A DNA stretch of 64,000 nt from an uncultured Methylomirabilota bacterium (lineage in GTDB: Bacteria > Methylomirabilota > Methylomirabilia > Methylomirabilales > 2-02-FULL-66-22), in contig CAWJSJ010000002.1 of assembly GCA_963845565.1 (NCBI GenBank), positions 1,504,001 through 1,568,000 of the forward strand. Reading direction: 5' to 3'. Shown here in pieces: positions 19,957 through 29,770 of this stretch. The number at the start of each line of letters is the position of its first letter. Position 1 is the first letter of the stretch. The position numbers and the translations under genes were made by a program. The notes beneath the pieces were generated by a model. The model was not told where the DNA came from. It saw nothing but the letters and a program-made list of their open reading frames with translations, and searched no databases.

Positions 19957-20967
19957 GTGGACAGTCGGGAGCGAGTATTTCGGGCACTGGAGCGGACGGG
20001 ACCGGATCGGCTGCCGATCTTCCAGCAGCTCTTGCCGGGAGCGCAACTCACGTACGGGCCGAAGCTGGCGGAGCTACTCCGACGCTATCCGAGCGACTTC
20101 AGCGACGCCGGATACTACGGGGATTCGGAATACGGCCCGGCGGTCGGCGTGGGGCACGCGGATGCCTGGGGCGCGGTCTGGACACGCGCGAGCGACGACT
20201 ACAAGGGGCTGGTGACGATCCATCCGCTGGCGGACTGGTCGGCGCTGAGGTCCTATGCGTTTCCCGACCCGACCCGGGTGGGCGATTTCAGTCGAGTCAT
20301 TGAAACGATCCGGACCAACCCGGGCCGCAAGTACCTGCTGGTGGACGGTGACACCCTCTTCCAGCGCATGTTCTACCTGCGGGGGTTCGAGAATCTCCTT
20401 GTGGATCTGGCGGAGCAGTCCGCCGAGGTGATCTTCCTGCGGGACCGGATCGTGGAGTTCCTGCTGAAGCGGATCGAGATCTGGCTCACCTACGGCGTGG
20501 ACGGCCTGTTCTTCCGGGACGACTGGGGAACCCAGGAAGAGCTGATGATCCGGCCGGCGCTGTGGCGGGAGTTCTTCAAGCCGTCCTACCGGCGACTGTT
20601 CGACGCGGTTCACGCGGGGGGCAAGCACGTCTTCTTCCACAGTGACGGGGTGATCCAGGACATCATCCCCGACCTGATCGAGATCGGGGTGGACGCCTTG
20701 AACGCCCAGATTCCATGCATGAATGCGGCCGAACTCGCCCGGCGATTCGGCAACCGGCTCTGTTTTGTGGCCGGAGCCGATCGGCAGCACTGGCTGCCCT
20801 TCGGGACGCCGCGGGAGGTCGAGGTGCACTGCTTTGCGCTGGCGGACACCTTCGGTCGAGCGAATGGCGGCTACATCGGTGGGGGGGAAATCGGTGCGGA
20901 CGTCCCCCTGGCCAATGCGGAGGCCATGCTGCGCACCTTCGCGGGGTACGCCTATCCGAGGTCGTGA
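19957..20967 (+). CDS. Uroporphyrinogen decarboxylase-like family protein
   Basis: N-terminus SRERVFRALERTGPDRLP, DAWGAVW, LRGFENLLVD, DDWGTQ, FHSDG and GGYI. GTG start after AAGGAG. Confidence 0.88.
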   Translation: MDSRERVFRALERTGPDRLPIFQQLLPGAQLTYGPKLAELLRRYPSDFSDAGYYGDSEYGPAVGVGHADAWGAVWTRASDDYKGLVTIHPLADWSALRSYAFPDPTRVGDFSRVIETIRTNPGRKYLLVDGDTLFQRMFYLRGFENLLVDLAEQSAEVIFLRDRIVEFLLKRIEIWLTYGVDGLFFRDDWGTQEELMIRPALWREFFKPSYRRLFDAVHAGGKHVFFHSDGVIQDIIPDLIEIGVDALNAQIPCMNAAELARRFGNRLCFVAGADRQHWLPFGTPREVEVHCFALADTFGRANGGYIGGGEIGADVPLANAEAMLRTFAGYAYPRS

Positions 20968-20999
20968 CGGGCGCCGGGCCGGGGCGAACAGAACGATCA

Positions 21000-21033
21000 G
21001 CGGGGCAGGAACGGAAGACGTCTCCTGCCCCGC
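21000..21033. terminator. Hairpin between convergent genes
   Basis: GCGGGGCAGGA-N12-TCCTGCCCCGC. Confidence 0.55.
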
Positions 21034-21052
21034 TTGGTATTCGTGCGGTCTG

Positions 21053-21892
21053 CTAGGCTTGGTGCGGCGGCTGGTGCCAGACGATCCGGGCCTCGTTTCG
21101 TTCGGGCAGCCGGTGGTATCGGTAGCGGGGGTGTCCGATCAGCATGGCGCCGAAGACGGCGAGGCCTTCCGGAAGCGGCAAGGCCTCCTTCACCGGTTGC
21201 CACTGGCGCGCGGCGTTGGTGAAGATGCCGCCCCAGCAGGCACCGAGGCCGAACGAGGGCGCGGCCAGCTCCAGATAGGTCAGGGCGATGGCGCAATCCG
21301 CCGCCGACCAGGCGTAGTCGGCGGGGGCGCACGCGATGAGGAGATGGGGTGCGCCCCGGCAGACCATGTCGAGACCGGAATCCCATCCGCCGATGAAGCG
21401 CCGGACGTTCCGTTGTGCCGCGGGGGGCTGAGAGGCGTAGGTCGCCCGCATCCAGTCCACGGTCAGGCCGGCCAGCCGCCGCACCTCCGCTGCGTCGTGC
21501 ACGATCAGCCAGGTGACCGGCTGGCGGTTCGACGCGGATGGGGCGAAGCGGGCGATGTCGAGCAGTGTGACGAGCGTCTCGCGTGCGACCGGGTGCGGCG
21601 TGAACGTCCGGATCGAGCGCCGGGCCCTGAGGAAATGCGCGACCTGCTCCGGCCCGAGCGGGAGGTCGGTTCGCACCGGGGGAAGCTGCTCGGGCCGGAT
21701 GCCGTCGAGAGTGATCGCGCCGGAACGGCAGACGGCGACACAGTGGCCGCAGTGCCGGCAGCCCTCCTCCGCGTCGGCCGGGACTCGCGGCGCGGTGTCT
21801 CCTTCGGCCAGTTCGATGATGTGCGTCGGGCACTCCGCCACGCAGATGCCGTCGCGCGTGCAGCGAGCCGGATCGGCAACGAACAGGGGCAT
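21053..21892 (-). CDS. Nitroreductase family protein with an N-terminal 4Fe-4S ferredoxin domain
   Basis: Motifs CTRDGICVAECP, CRHCGHCVAVC, RRSIRTF, APSASNRQP and GLGACWGG. Confidence 0.92.
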   Translation of the reverse strand: MPLFVADPARCTRDGICVAECPTHIIELAEGDTAPRVPADAEEGCRHCGHCVAVCRSGAITLDGIRPEQLPPVRTDLPLGPEQVAHFLRARRSIRTFTPHPVARETLVTLLDIARFAPSASNRQPVTWLIVHDAAEVRRLAGLTVDWMRATYASQPPAAQRNVRRFIGGWDSGLDMVCRGAPHLLIACAPADYAWSAADCAIALTYLELAAPSFGLGACWGGIFTNAARQWQPVKEALPLPEGLAVFGAMLIGHPRYRYHRLPERNEARIVWHQPPHQA

Positions 21893-21968
21893 CGCCTGTC
21901 TCCTCGATCGATCGCCACCAGGGGCATCCGCCCCGCTTTGGGCAGCCTGCTCGCGGGGGCGGGCCGGG

Positions 21969-22913
21969 CTACGCCGGCCCGCCGGAGGGCGCCGGGGCCT
22001 GCCGCTTAATGACGTTCATGGCCATGCCGATCATCGAGGCCACATCGGCCACGCCGGCCGGCACGATCATGGTGGTATCGCTGGCGTTGGCCAGCTCCCC
22101 GAACTTGGTCAGGTACTGCTCGGCGACGCGCAGCTGCACCGCCTCGCTGCCGCCCGGCACCTGGATGGACCCGGCCACCTGCCGAATCCCCTCGGCGGTG
22201 GCGCGGGCGATGGAGAGGATGGCCGCCGCCGCCCCCTCGGCCTCGTTGATCTGCTGCTGCTTCCGGGCCTCCGAGGCCTTGATCACCTGCTGCTTCTGCC
22301 CCTCGGCGGAGTTGATGGCGGCATCGCGCTCCCCCTCGGAGGTCAGGATCACCGCCCGCTTCTCCCGCTCCGCCCGCATCTGCTTCTCCATGGCGGCGAG
22401 GACGTCCTTGGGCGGGGTGATGTTCTTGATCTCGTAGCGGAGCATCTTGATGCCCCACGGCTCGGAGGCCTTGTCCAGCTCGGAGACCACCTGGATGTTG
22501 ATGTGCGTCCGCTCCTCGAAGGTGCGGTCCAGGTCGATCTTGCCCATCTCGCTGCGCAGCGTCGTCTGGGCGAGCTGGCTGATGGCGAACAGGTAATCCA
22601 GCACCCCGTAGGAGGCCCGCTCCGGATTCAACACCTTGAGGTAGAGCACCCCATCGACGTGCACCTGGACGTTGTCCCGGGTGATGCAGACCTGCTCCGG
22701 AATGTCTACTGCCGCTTCCTTGAGCGAGTGTCTGTATCGGACCGCATCGAGGAAGGGAATGAGGATGTGAAAGCCGGCCCCCAGGGTCTCCCGGTACTTT
22801 CCCAGCCGCTCGACCACATACGCGCTCTGCTGTGGTACCACCACGGCGGTCTTGGCGACGACCAGGATCACCAAGGCGGCCAACACGACGGCGACAATCA
22901 GGGCTTCGGTCAT
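21969..22913 (-). CDS. SPFH/band 7 (stomatin/paraslipin, QmcA-like) protein
   Basis: Motifs VVERLGKY, QVCITRDNV, AQTTLRSEMG and AMEKQMRAEREKRA. Confidence 0.93.
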   Translation of the reverse strand: MTEALIVAVVLAALVILVVAKTAVVVPQQSAYVVERLGKYRETLGAGFHILIPFLDAVRYRHSLKEAAVDIPEQVCITRDNVQVHVDGVLYLKVLNPERASYGVLDYLFAISQLAQTTLRSEMGKIDLDRTFEERTHINIQVVSELDKASEPWGIKMLRYEIKNITPPKDVLAAMEKQMRAEREKRAVILTSEGERDAAINSAEGQKQQVIKASEARKQQQINEAEGAAAAILSIARATAEGIRQVAGSIQVPGGSEAVQLRVAEQYLTKFGELANASDTTMIVPAGVADVASMIGMAMNVIKRQAPAPSGGPA

Positions 22914-22932
22914 GCGCGCCTCCCTTTCGAAT

Positions 22933-23364
22933 TCATTCGCCGCGAATCCAGAGCGTAAGGCCATCGACGCGCGAGACTCGGCAGCGCTCTCCCCGGACGA
23001 GCGCGCGCGGGCCGAGGTTGCGGACAGTCCAATTCGTCCCGCGGAGCTCTGCTTTTCCCACGCCATCGGGCGGAAGATCCTCCAAGAGCATGGCAACCTC
23101 TCCCTCCAGGGTATCCATCGGATCCGGCGTCTCTTTGGAGCGTGCGGCCTTGATCAAGACGGGGCGGAAGCACAGGAGGGAGATCAAAGAAATCGCCGAG
23201 AAGAGAAGCCATTGAAACCAGACGGGGCCACCCCACCCGAGCCCGGAGAGGCTGCCGACGACGAGAGCGCCGATCCCGAAGAACAGGACGTAAAAACCTC
23301 CCGGGGTGAGAACTTCGAGGCCGACGAGGACGAGACCGAGGACAAGCCAGAGCCACCAGTTCAT
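22933..23364 (-). CDS. NfeD family membrane protein
   Basis: MNWWLWLVLG...EVLTPGGF with a C-terminal OB-like GKAELRGTNW...V..VDGLTLWI; adjacent to the SPFH gene. Confidence 0.9.
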   Translation of the reverse strand: MNWWLWLVLGLVLVGLEVLTPGGFYVLFFGIGALVVGSLSGLGWGGPVWFQWLLFSAISLISLLCFRPVLIKAARSKETPDPMDTLEGEVAMLLEDLPPDGVGKAELRGTNWTVRNLGPRALVRGERCRVSRVDGLTLWIRGE

Positions 23365-23467
23365 CGGGCGCGCCTCCCTATTCACTTTTGGGGGCCAGGT
23401 GTGAGGGGTCCTTCATGCCACCACAAAGCCGCCCGCTGCCGGTCTCTGGGGACATGGTCGTCCTGGT

Positions 23468-24505
23468 CTAGGCAGTCTTGACCGACTCGATCAGGTTCCA
23501 CCCGGCATCGCAGAACTGCGCCAGCGTCCGCTGGGTTGGGCCGAAGGTGATGAAGTCCTCCGGGGTCATCCCGTCCGGCTCGTAGGCCTTCACGAACTCA
23601 GGGAGGGTCTGCAGGCGCCGGATGACGTCGGCCGGCACGGGCCGATCGATCCGCTGCTCCCGAGGGACGCCAGGCTCCAGGAGCTGGGCCTGGATGTTGG
23701 GGGCGGTGGACATGACCATCGCGGCGCCGGCCAGCTCGGTCATGTGATACACGCCGCGGAGCGCCGCGGGCAGGAGCAGGGCGTCGTACCCGCGCTCCTG
23801 GTAGAGGGTGTACGCTCGCTTGGCAACGGCGAGACCGGCCTGGCGGATGTCGGATTCCTCGACCTTGGCCTGCCGGTCCTGGGCCACCTCGCGCAGGTAG
23901 TCGTCCAGCCGCCCGATCATGAGGACGGGGAAGCAGCGCCCCGGCGTCTTGCCGGCCGCCCGGGCCCGCGCCGCGCCCTTCTTGTGCCGCTCGGCGATGG
24001 CCAGGACCTGCGGCACGGTGAAGCTGACGGTGGCCGTGATGGTAATCCCGTCGGCCACGCAGTCCTCCAGCACGTCCAGGGCGGCGGCGGTGGCAGGGAG
24101 CTTCACCGCAATGTTGGGGGCCCAGGTGCGGTAGCGGCGGGCCATCGCCATCATGGTCTCCCGGTCGCCGGCGCGCCCCGGGTTCACCTGGCCGCAGACA
24201 TAGCCCAGGCTTCCTTTGGTCTCCTCGTACTGCGGGAGAAGCATCTGCGCGGCTCGCTTCACGACGTGGCTCATCAGCTCTTCGGCGCGCCGCTCGTTGG
24301 GCAGGTCCTTCGGCACGGCCCGGAGGGCGTCCGCCCAGATCTCGGGGCGGCCGCGCAGGGTGCGGGCCGTGAGCAGCGGGTTCGTGGTGACGCCGGTGGC
24401 CGCGTGGGCGAGACCCGTCCGGAGCTCGTCCGGATCGGCCGAATCGTGCCACCAGGTGGTGGGTGTCTCACGGACCAGCCATTGCAGATAGCTTTCGGTT
24501 GCCAT
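23468..24505 (-). CDS. Transaldolase family protein
   Basis: Motifs WWHDSA, GVTTNP, Schiff-base VKLPAT, TATVSFT and MIGRLDD. Confidence 0.88.
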   Translation of the reverse strand: MATESYLQWLVRETPTTWWHDSADPDELRTGLAHAATGVTTNPLLTARTLRGRPEIWADALRAVPKDLPNERRAEELMSHVVKRAAQMLLPQYEETKGSLGYVCGQVNPGRAGDRETMMAMARRYRTWAPNIAVKLPATAAALDVLEDCVADGITITATVSFTVPQVLAIAERHKKGAARARAAGKTPGRCFPVLMIGRLDDYLREVAQDRQAKVEESDIRQAGLAVAKRAYTLYQERGYDALLLPAALRGVYHMTELAGAAMVMSTAPNIQAQLLEPGVPREQRIDRPVPADVIRRLQTLPEFVKAYEPDGMTPEDFITFGPTQRTLAQFCDAGWNLIESVKTA

Positions 24506-24603
24506 GACGCTCCTCTCTCTCGATCCCCCGGGGGATAGGGTACAGGATGGCGGCGGTGGGCAAGGACCCGCCCGTTCTCCGGTCGCCCCTATGATTTCGC
24601 AGG

Positions 24604-24619
24604 TGACACACCACTGTCA
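24604..24619. promoter_or_regulatory. Palindrome TGACA-N6-TGTCA in the divergent promoter region
   Basis: Direct sequence observation; overlaps a minus-strand TTGACA. Confidence 0.35.
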
Positions 24620-24792
24620 AGGACGGCGGATGGAATGTGAGGTCGAGAGACCGCGCCCGCCGGATTCGTCCTGTCCGCCGCATGACCGGAGGGAAGGGCT
24701 TGAGGTGCACACCCCAAGCATGATAACAATATAGCCGTTGAGGATGTTGGTGGACACGCTCACGAGCCGAACGAATAAGGAGGCCCTGGATT

Positions 24793-25287
24793 ATGCCAAT
24801 AAAAAATACACCCACCATCACGAACGATCAGCGGGTCAACGATATGCGCGGTGCCATCGAGCACCGGGCGACCTGGATGTGCTTGATGCTCGACGAGATG
24901 GAGAAGGCCGGCGTGGACTGGGAGACGATCGGCCGGAAGGCTATCCTGCGATGCGGCGCCTTCCACGGCAAGACCAAGTTCACCCAGACCGACGATCTCA
25001 AGGTGCTCGGGAAGGAGTTCGCCAACGAGCTGTTTTCCAAGATCTTCGAGATGGACGTCAAGGAGTTGTCGAACGACAAGTTCGTCGTGGAATTCCATTA
25101 CTGCCCCCTCGTGGCGGCGTGGAAGAAGCAGGCGGCGACCGACCAGCGGTGCGAAACGCTCTGCGACATGGCAATGGACGGAGATCGTGGCATCGTCAGC
25201 GCTTTCCCGAAATTCACGTTCGAGCTCGGCGACACCATTGCCAAGGGCGGCACGGGGTGCGCGATCACCATCACCAAGGTGAACTAG
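24793..25287 (+). CDS. L-2-amino-thiazoline-4-carboxylic acid (ATC) hydrolase family protein
   Basis: 164 aa with HYCPLVAAW, LCDMAMDGDRG and TIAKGGTGC. AGGAGG SD. Confidence 0.75.
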   Translation: MPIKNTPTITNDQRVNDMRGAIEHRATWMCLMLDEMEKAGVDWETIGRKAILRCGAFHGKTKFTQTDDLKVLGKEFANELFSKIFEMDVKELSNDKFVVEFHYCPLVAAWKKQAATDQRCETLCDMAMDGDRGIVSAFPKFTFELGDTIAKGGTGCAITITKVN

Positions 25288-25431
25288 CGCCGCCGAGGGT
25301 TCTCCGACAGAGCGGATGGAGATGCGTCTCACGGGGGCATCGCAATGCGTGCGGTGCCCCCTTCGGTTTCCCCGCGCGTGCGGCTCTTTTCACCCGGTTC
25401 GTCCGGTCGCGCTCCTCCGAGGATTGTGCGG

Positions 25432-26592
25432 ATGATGCAGCTTTCGGAATCGCCTTTCCCGTTGTCCCACGAGCGCTTTTCCGTGGACTACCACCTCGCC
25501 GGCGACGAGAAGGCGGCCGGCGAGAAGGCGCGGGACATCTGTCTGGAGCAGACGGTGGAGGTGCCGGACGCGCTGGTTCCTGATGGGATGATCCGCGAGC
25601 AGGTCCTGGGGAGGATCGAAGCGTTCGCGGCTCGACCGGAAGGCGGCTTCGCGGCGCGGATCAGCTATGCCGTCGAGATTGCGGGCGCCGATCTGACGCA
25701 GCTCCTGAATGTTCTCTTCGGGAACATCAGCATCAAGGCGGGGATCCGCGCAGACCGCCTGGACCTTCCGGAGACGATGCTGCGGTCGTTCCGGGGGCCG
25801 CGGTTCGGCCGCGCGGGGCTCCGGGCGCTCCTGGGGGCTCCGCACCGCCCGCTCCTCTGCACGGCGTTGAAGCCGCTCGGGCTGTCCGCCGAAGGTCTGG
25901 CCGAGCTGGCGTACCGGTTTGCCCTGGGCGGGATCGAGATCATCAAAGACGATCACGGGTTGGCCGACCAAGGGTTTGCCCCGTTTCGGGACCGGGTAAG
26001 GCTCTGCGCTCAGGCTGTCCAGCGCGCCAACCGGGAGACGGGTTCTCGTTCCATCTACGTGCCAAACGTGACGGCCCCTTTCGACGAGATCTGCCCGCGG
26101 GCCCGGTTGGCCAAGGAGCAGGGGGCGGGCGGCCTGCTCGTTGCGCCCGGCCTGACCGGGTTGGACGCCATGCGCTGCCTGGCGGACGACGACGCGCTCG
26201 CGCTGCCGATCTTCGCGCATCCGGCCTTCCAGGGCACGTATGTCCTGCATCCGTCGAGCGGCATGTCTCACCAGCTCCTTTTCGGACAGCTGGCCCGTCT
26301 GGCCGGAGCCGACGCCACGATCTATCCCAACTTCGGTGGGCGATTCGGGTTCACCCGGGACGAGTGCCTGTCCATCGCCCGGGGCACCGCGATGGCCATG
26401 GGACCGATCAAGGCCATCTTCCCGACACCGGGGGGCGGGATGAGCCTGGACCGGGTCCCCGAGATGCTGGAGGCGTACGGGCCGGACGTGGTGCTGCTGA
26501 TCGGCGGCGGCCTGATGACGGCGGGTTCGGATCTGATCGAGACCTGCCGGCGCTTTCGGGCCCTGATCGAGGCCCCCGACCGCTTGAGCTAA
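25432..26592 (+). CDS. RuBisCO-like protein (form IV, RLP)
   Basis: Motifs CLEQTVE, FGNIS, GPRFG, ALKPLG, KDDHGL, HPAFQG, RLAGAD, PGGG and GGG. About 386 aa; KDDH replaces the KDDE of true RuBisCO. Confidence 0.9.
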   Translation: MMQLSESPFPLSHERFSVDYHLAGDEKAAGEKARDICLEQTVEVPDALVPDGMIREQVLGRIEAFAARPEGGFAARISYAVEIAGADLTQLLNVLFGNISIKAGIRADRLDLPETMLRSFRGPRFGRAGLRALLGAPHRPLLCTALKPLGLSAEGLAELAYRFALGGIEIIKDDHGLADQGFAPFRDRVRLCAQAVQRANRETGSRSIYVPNVTAPFDEICPRARLAKEQGAGGLLVAPGLTGLDAMRCLADDDALALPIFAHPAFQGTYVLHPSSGMSHQLLFGQLARLAGADATIYPNFGGRFGFTRDECLSIARGTAMAMGPIKAIFPTPGGGMSLDRVPEMLEAYGPDVVLLIGGGLMTAGSDLIETCRRFRALIEAPDRLS

Positions 26593-26761
26593 CCGCTCAG
26601 CTCCCCCCTCGCGTGGCGCCCAGCCCGGGCCGAGGCGCGGTTCCGGCTTGACACCATCTGACTCCTGAGGCAGGCTACCCCGGCGTTCGCGAGGTGAGCG
26701 CGTTCTTGGGCCGGCGCGTGGTGCCGACACACCGGAGGAATCCGTGGGCTGGATCCTACGC

Positions 26762-28626
26762 ATGCGAAAGAGCGGACCGCGGTGGTGGACCCTCCCGTTC
26801 CTCGTCCTTCTGTTGACGGCGTGCACGACGACTCCGGTTGGGGTCGTCCGGGTAGACCCGCGGGAGGTCCATCAGTATTTGACCCGCAGCGTCCTCACCT
26901 CGGACGAGCCGAGCCGCGTGAGCACGAACGTACTCCAGGAGCACAATCTGGCCGCACTATTTGACGACGAACCCGAGAAGGCACTGGCAGCACTCCACGA
27001 GTATGTTACCGGCCGCTCCGTCCGCAGCAGCGCGCTGTTCGCCCTCGCGGAATTGTCCTTCCTCCATGCGGAGCGCTCCAAGAAATCGTCGTACCACCTC
27101 GCTGCCGCCATCTACGCCTTCGCGTTTTCTGTTTCCCGAGGAGCCCGCCGCTCCGCCGGATCCGTTCGATCTCGCGGCTGCGCGTGGCGACGGATCTCTA
27201 CAATCGCGGGATCACGGCGGCATTCAAGTCGGCGGACGGTTTCCATGTCGAGCTGCGGTCCGGCACCTACGCCCTGCCGTTCGGGGAGATCGCGATCGCC
27301 TTCGACGAGACCGGCCTTCGCTGGGCCGGCCGGCGCCTCACGGATCTGGCCCCCGTCGCCGAATTGAAAATCCGGGGCCTGAAGACTCGGTACCTGCAGC
27401 CCGGGGTCGGCGCACCCCTCGCCGCCACTCCCGTCCCCGTCTCGGGAGATTCCTACGCGGATGATTTCCTCTCTCCTGAAACGAAGGTTTCGGTGACGGC
27501 CTTTCTTCGCCTGGAACGCCCGCGGTCCCAGCTCAGCGGTAACCGGCTTGAGGGTACGTTGGAGGCGTACGTCCCCCGGACGGCTTTTGCGAGCGCCGAG
27601 AACACGGTGATGGTTGGGGACCGCCGAGTGCCGCTGGAAGTCGAGACGACGGCCACCCTCGCCTACGCGCTCGCCGAATCACCCATCTGGGAACAGGAGA
27701 TTTCACGCTTCTTCGACAATGTGGGTGTGAGGGGGAAGCAGCGTGCGACACTCGTGCTGGGGGCACCCTACCGGCCTGGACTCATCCCGGTTGTTCTCGT
27801 CCATGGGACGGCATCCAGCGTCGGGCGGTGGGCCGCAATGGTCAACCGTCTGATCAACGACCCGAGAATCGCACAACGATACCAGTTCTGGTTCTTCACG
27901 TACGAAACGGGGAATCCTATCGAGTACTCCGCGATGCTGCTTCGCGATGCACTACGGACCGCGATTGCGCGACTCGACCCCGACGGGCAAGATCCCGAGC
28001 TCCTCCGCATGGTCATCGTCGGCCACAGCCAGGGCGGCCTGCTCGCAAAACTCCTCGTCATCAACAGCGGGAGCCGCTTGTGGGATGCGTCGTTCACGCG
28101 GCCGCTCGATGAGCTCGATGTCTCAAAGGACACACGCGAATTATTGCGCCGCACGCGATTCGTGGAGCCGGTCCCGTTCGTCCAACGGGTGATCTTCCTT
28201 GCCACGCCCCATCGGGGAAGCTACCTCACGCTCAATCGCATCAGCGAGTGGATCGCCGGGTTCATCAAACTGCCGTTCACGGTGGTGGGCGCCACGATGG
28301 ACGTGTTCAAGCGGAACCCTGACGCGATGGTCAATCCGGGGATCAGACCGCTCACCAGTGTTGACCAAATGAATCCATCGAGCGCCTACATCCAGGCCTT
28401 GGCCTCCATTCCCATCGCGCCAGGCGTCCATGCGCACTCCATCATCGCCGTCAAGGGTAGCGGACCGGTGGAGGAAGGGGATGACGGCGTGGTGAAGTAC
28501 GCGAGTGCCCACCTCGACGGTGTGGAGTCGGAACTGGTGGTCCGCTCGGACCATTCCGTGCAGTGGGCGCCGGAGTCCATCGAGGAGGTCCGCCGCATCC
28601 TGCTGTTGCACGCGGAGGTTCCGTGA
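26762..28626 (+). CDS. Alpha/beta hydrolase lipoprotein (lipase/esterase-like), two frameshifts near 27126 and 27172
   Basis: Lipobox LLTAC; motifs PVVLVHG, nucleophile GHSQGG, LATPHRGS, DGVVKYASAHL and C-terminal His. Confidence 0.8.
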
Positions 28627-29019
28627 ACGCGTGGGCGACCCGACGCGCCGCGTTCCTTTCGGCGTTCCTGCTCGTCGTCCTGGTGGGCGTGGTCTTTCCC
28701 GGTGGGGAATGTGCCGAGGCGCGCCGCTCCCACGAGCACGTCCTGACAGTCGTTGAGGTTGACGAACTCCCCCGCGAGGCGCGGGAGACACTGGCGCTGA
28801 TCAAGCAGGGCGGTCCGTTTCCGTACAAGACGGGATGGCGTCATTTTCGGAAACCGCGAACGACGCCTGCCGGCCCGACCGAGCGGTTACTACCGCGAGT
28901 ACACCGTGCCGACGCCCGGCGCCCGCGACCGCGGGGCGCGGCGCATCGTCGCCGGCACGCCTGACGAGTTCTATTACACCGACGACCATTACAACACCTT
29001 CCGACGGATTCTCGAATGA
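28623..29019 (+). CDS. Secreted guanyl-specific ribonuclease (RNase Sa/N1/barnase-like), frameshift near 28829
   Basis: Signal peptide and LPREARETLALIKQGGPFPY; the shifted frame reads RDGVIFGNRERRLP..GYYREYTVPTPGARDRGARRIV..FYYTDDHYNTFRRI. Confidence 0.88.
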
Positions 29020-29453
29020 ACCGCACGGATCTTTTCCGAGAACCAGCGCGATCGGGCCTATATCGGTTGCCCGACACGGCGGCGTGGATGCCCCAGGTCT
29101 CCGCGAATGGTTTTGCCGTCTGGCGAGTAAATCTGGTCAAGGTCCGGAGCAAGGCGAGTCTGCTCGCCGCGCTCGCGGAGGCGCTCGATCTGCCCGACTG
29201 GTTCGGCCACAACTGGGATGCCCTCCAGGATTGTCTCACGGATCTCTCGTGGCGGCCGGCGCCGGGGTACGTCGTGGTGCTGGAGAATTGCGGGGGCCTT
29301 GCCGCGAGCGCGCCGGAGACGTTCGCGACGACCCTGGAGGTGCTCCGCCACACCGCCCGCTGGTGGGCGGGCGAGCAGGTCCCCTTCTGGGTGTTCGTCG
29401 GCGGTCTCGCCGATGGACCATATAACCTGCCGCGACTGGACTGGGCAGAATAG
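29016..29453 (+). CDS. Barstar family ribonuclease inhibitor
   Basis: LDLPDWFGHNWDALQDCLTDL; ATGA overlap with the RNase stop. Confidence 0.92.
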   Translation: MNRTDLFREPARSGLYRLPDTAAWMPQVSANGFAVWRVNLVKVRSKASLLAALAEALDLPDWFGHNWDALQDCLTDLSWRPAPGYVVVLENCGGLAASAPETFATTLEVLRHTARWWAGEQVPFWVFVGGLADGPYNLPRLDWAE

Positions 29454-29625
29454 TCCCCGCCTGGTGTTTTCCCGCGTTCTCGCAAATCGCTCTGGACCAC
29501 GGCTGCCTGGCGCGGGGTAGGATCGCGTCGCTGATGGTTCTGTCGTTACCATCCACTCGAACTGGCCCACGTCAAAACCCGCCCTGTGCCCCATCCTTAC
29601 AGAATGTAAAAAACACGCTTTCACT

Positions 29626-29770
29626 CAGGCTGCTCAAAAAGGTCCAGATGCAAGGCGGCGCGCCGGGTACCCATCCGGAGGATGGGTGCAGGTGCGAGAC
29701 GTACTTACGCGTACGTCGCAGCGCCGCGCGAGCGTGTCAACGCGGCAGATGGGCCTTTTTCAGCAGCCTG
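29626..29770. repeat. Repeat family A copy 4
   Basis: CAGGCTGCTCAAAAAGGTCCAGATGC...GCAGATGGGCCTTTTTCAGCAGCCTG, abutting the TAG stop (minus strand) of the RND gene. Confidence 0.9.

Noticed and set aside
25432..26592. CO2-fixing RuBisCO
   Set aside because: It has KDDH instead of KDDE, is short, and has no small subunit or prk nearby; it is a form IV RLP.
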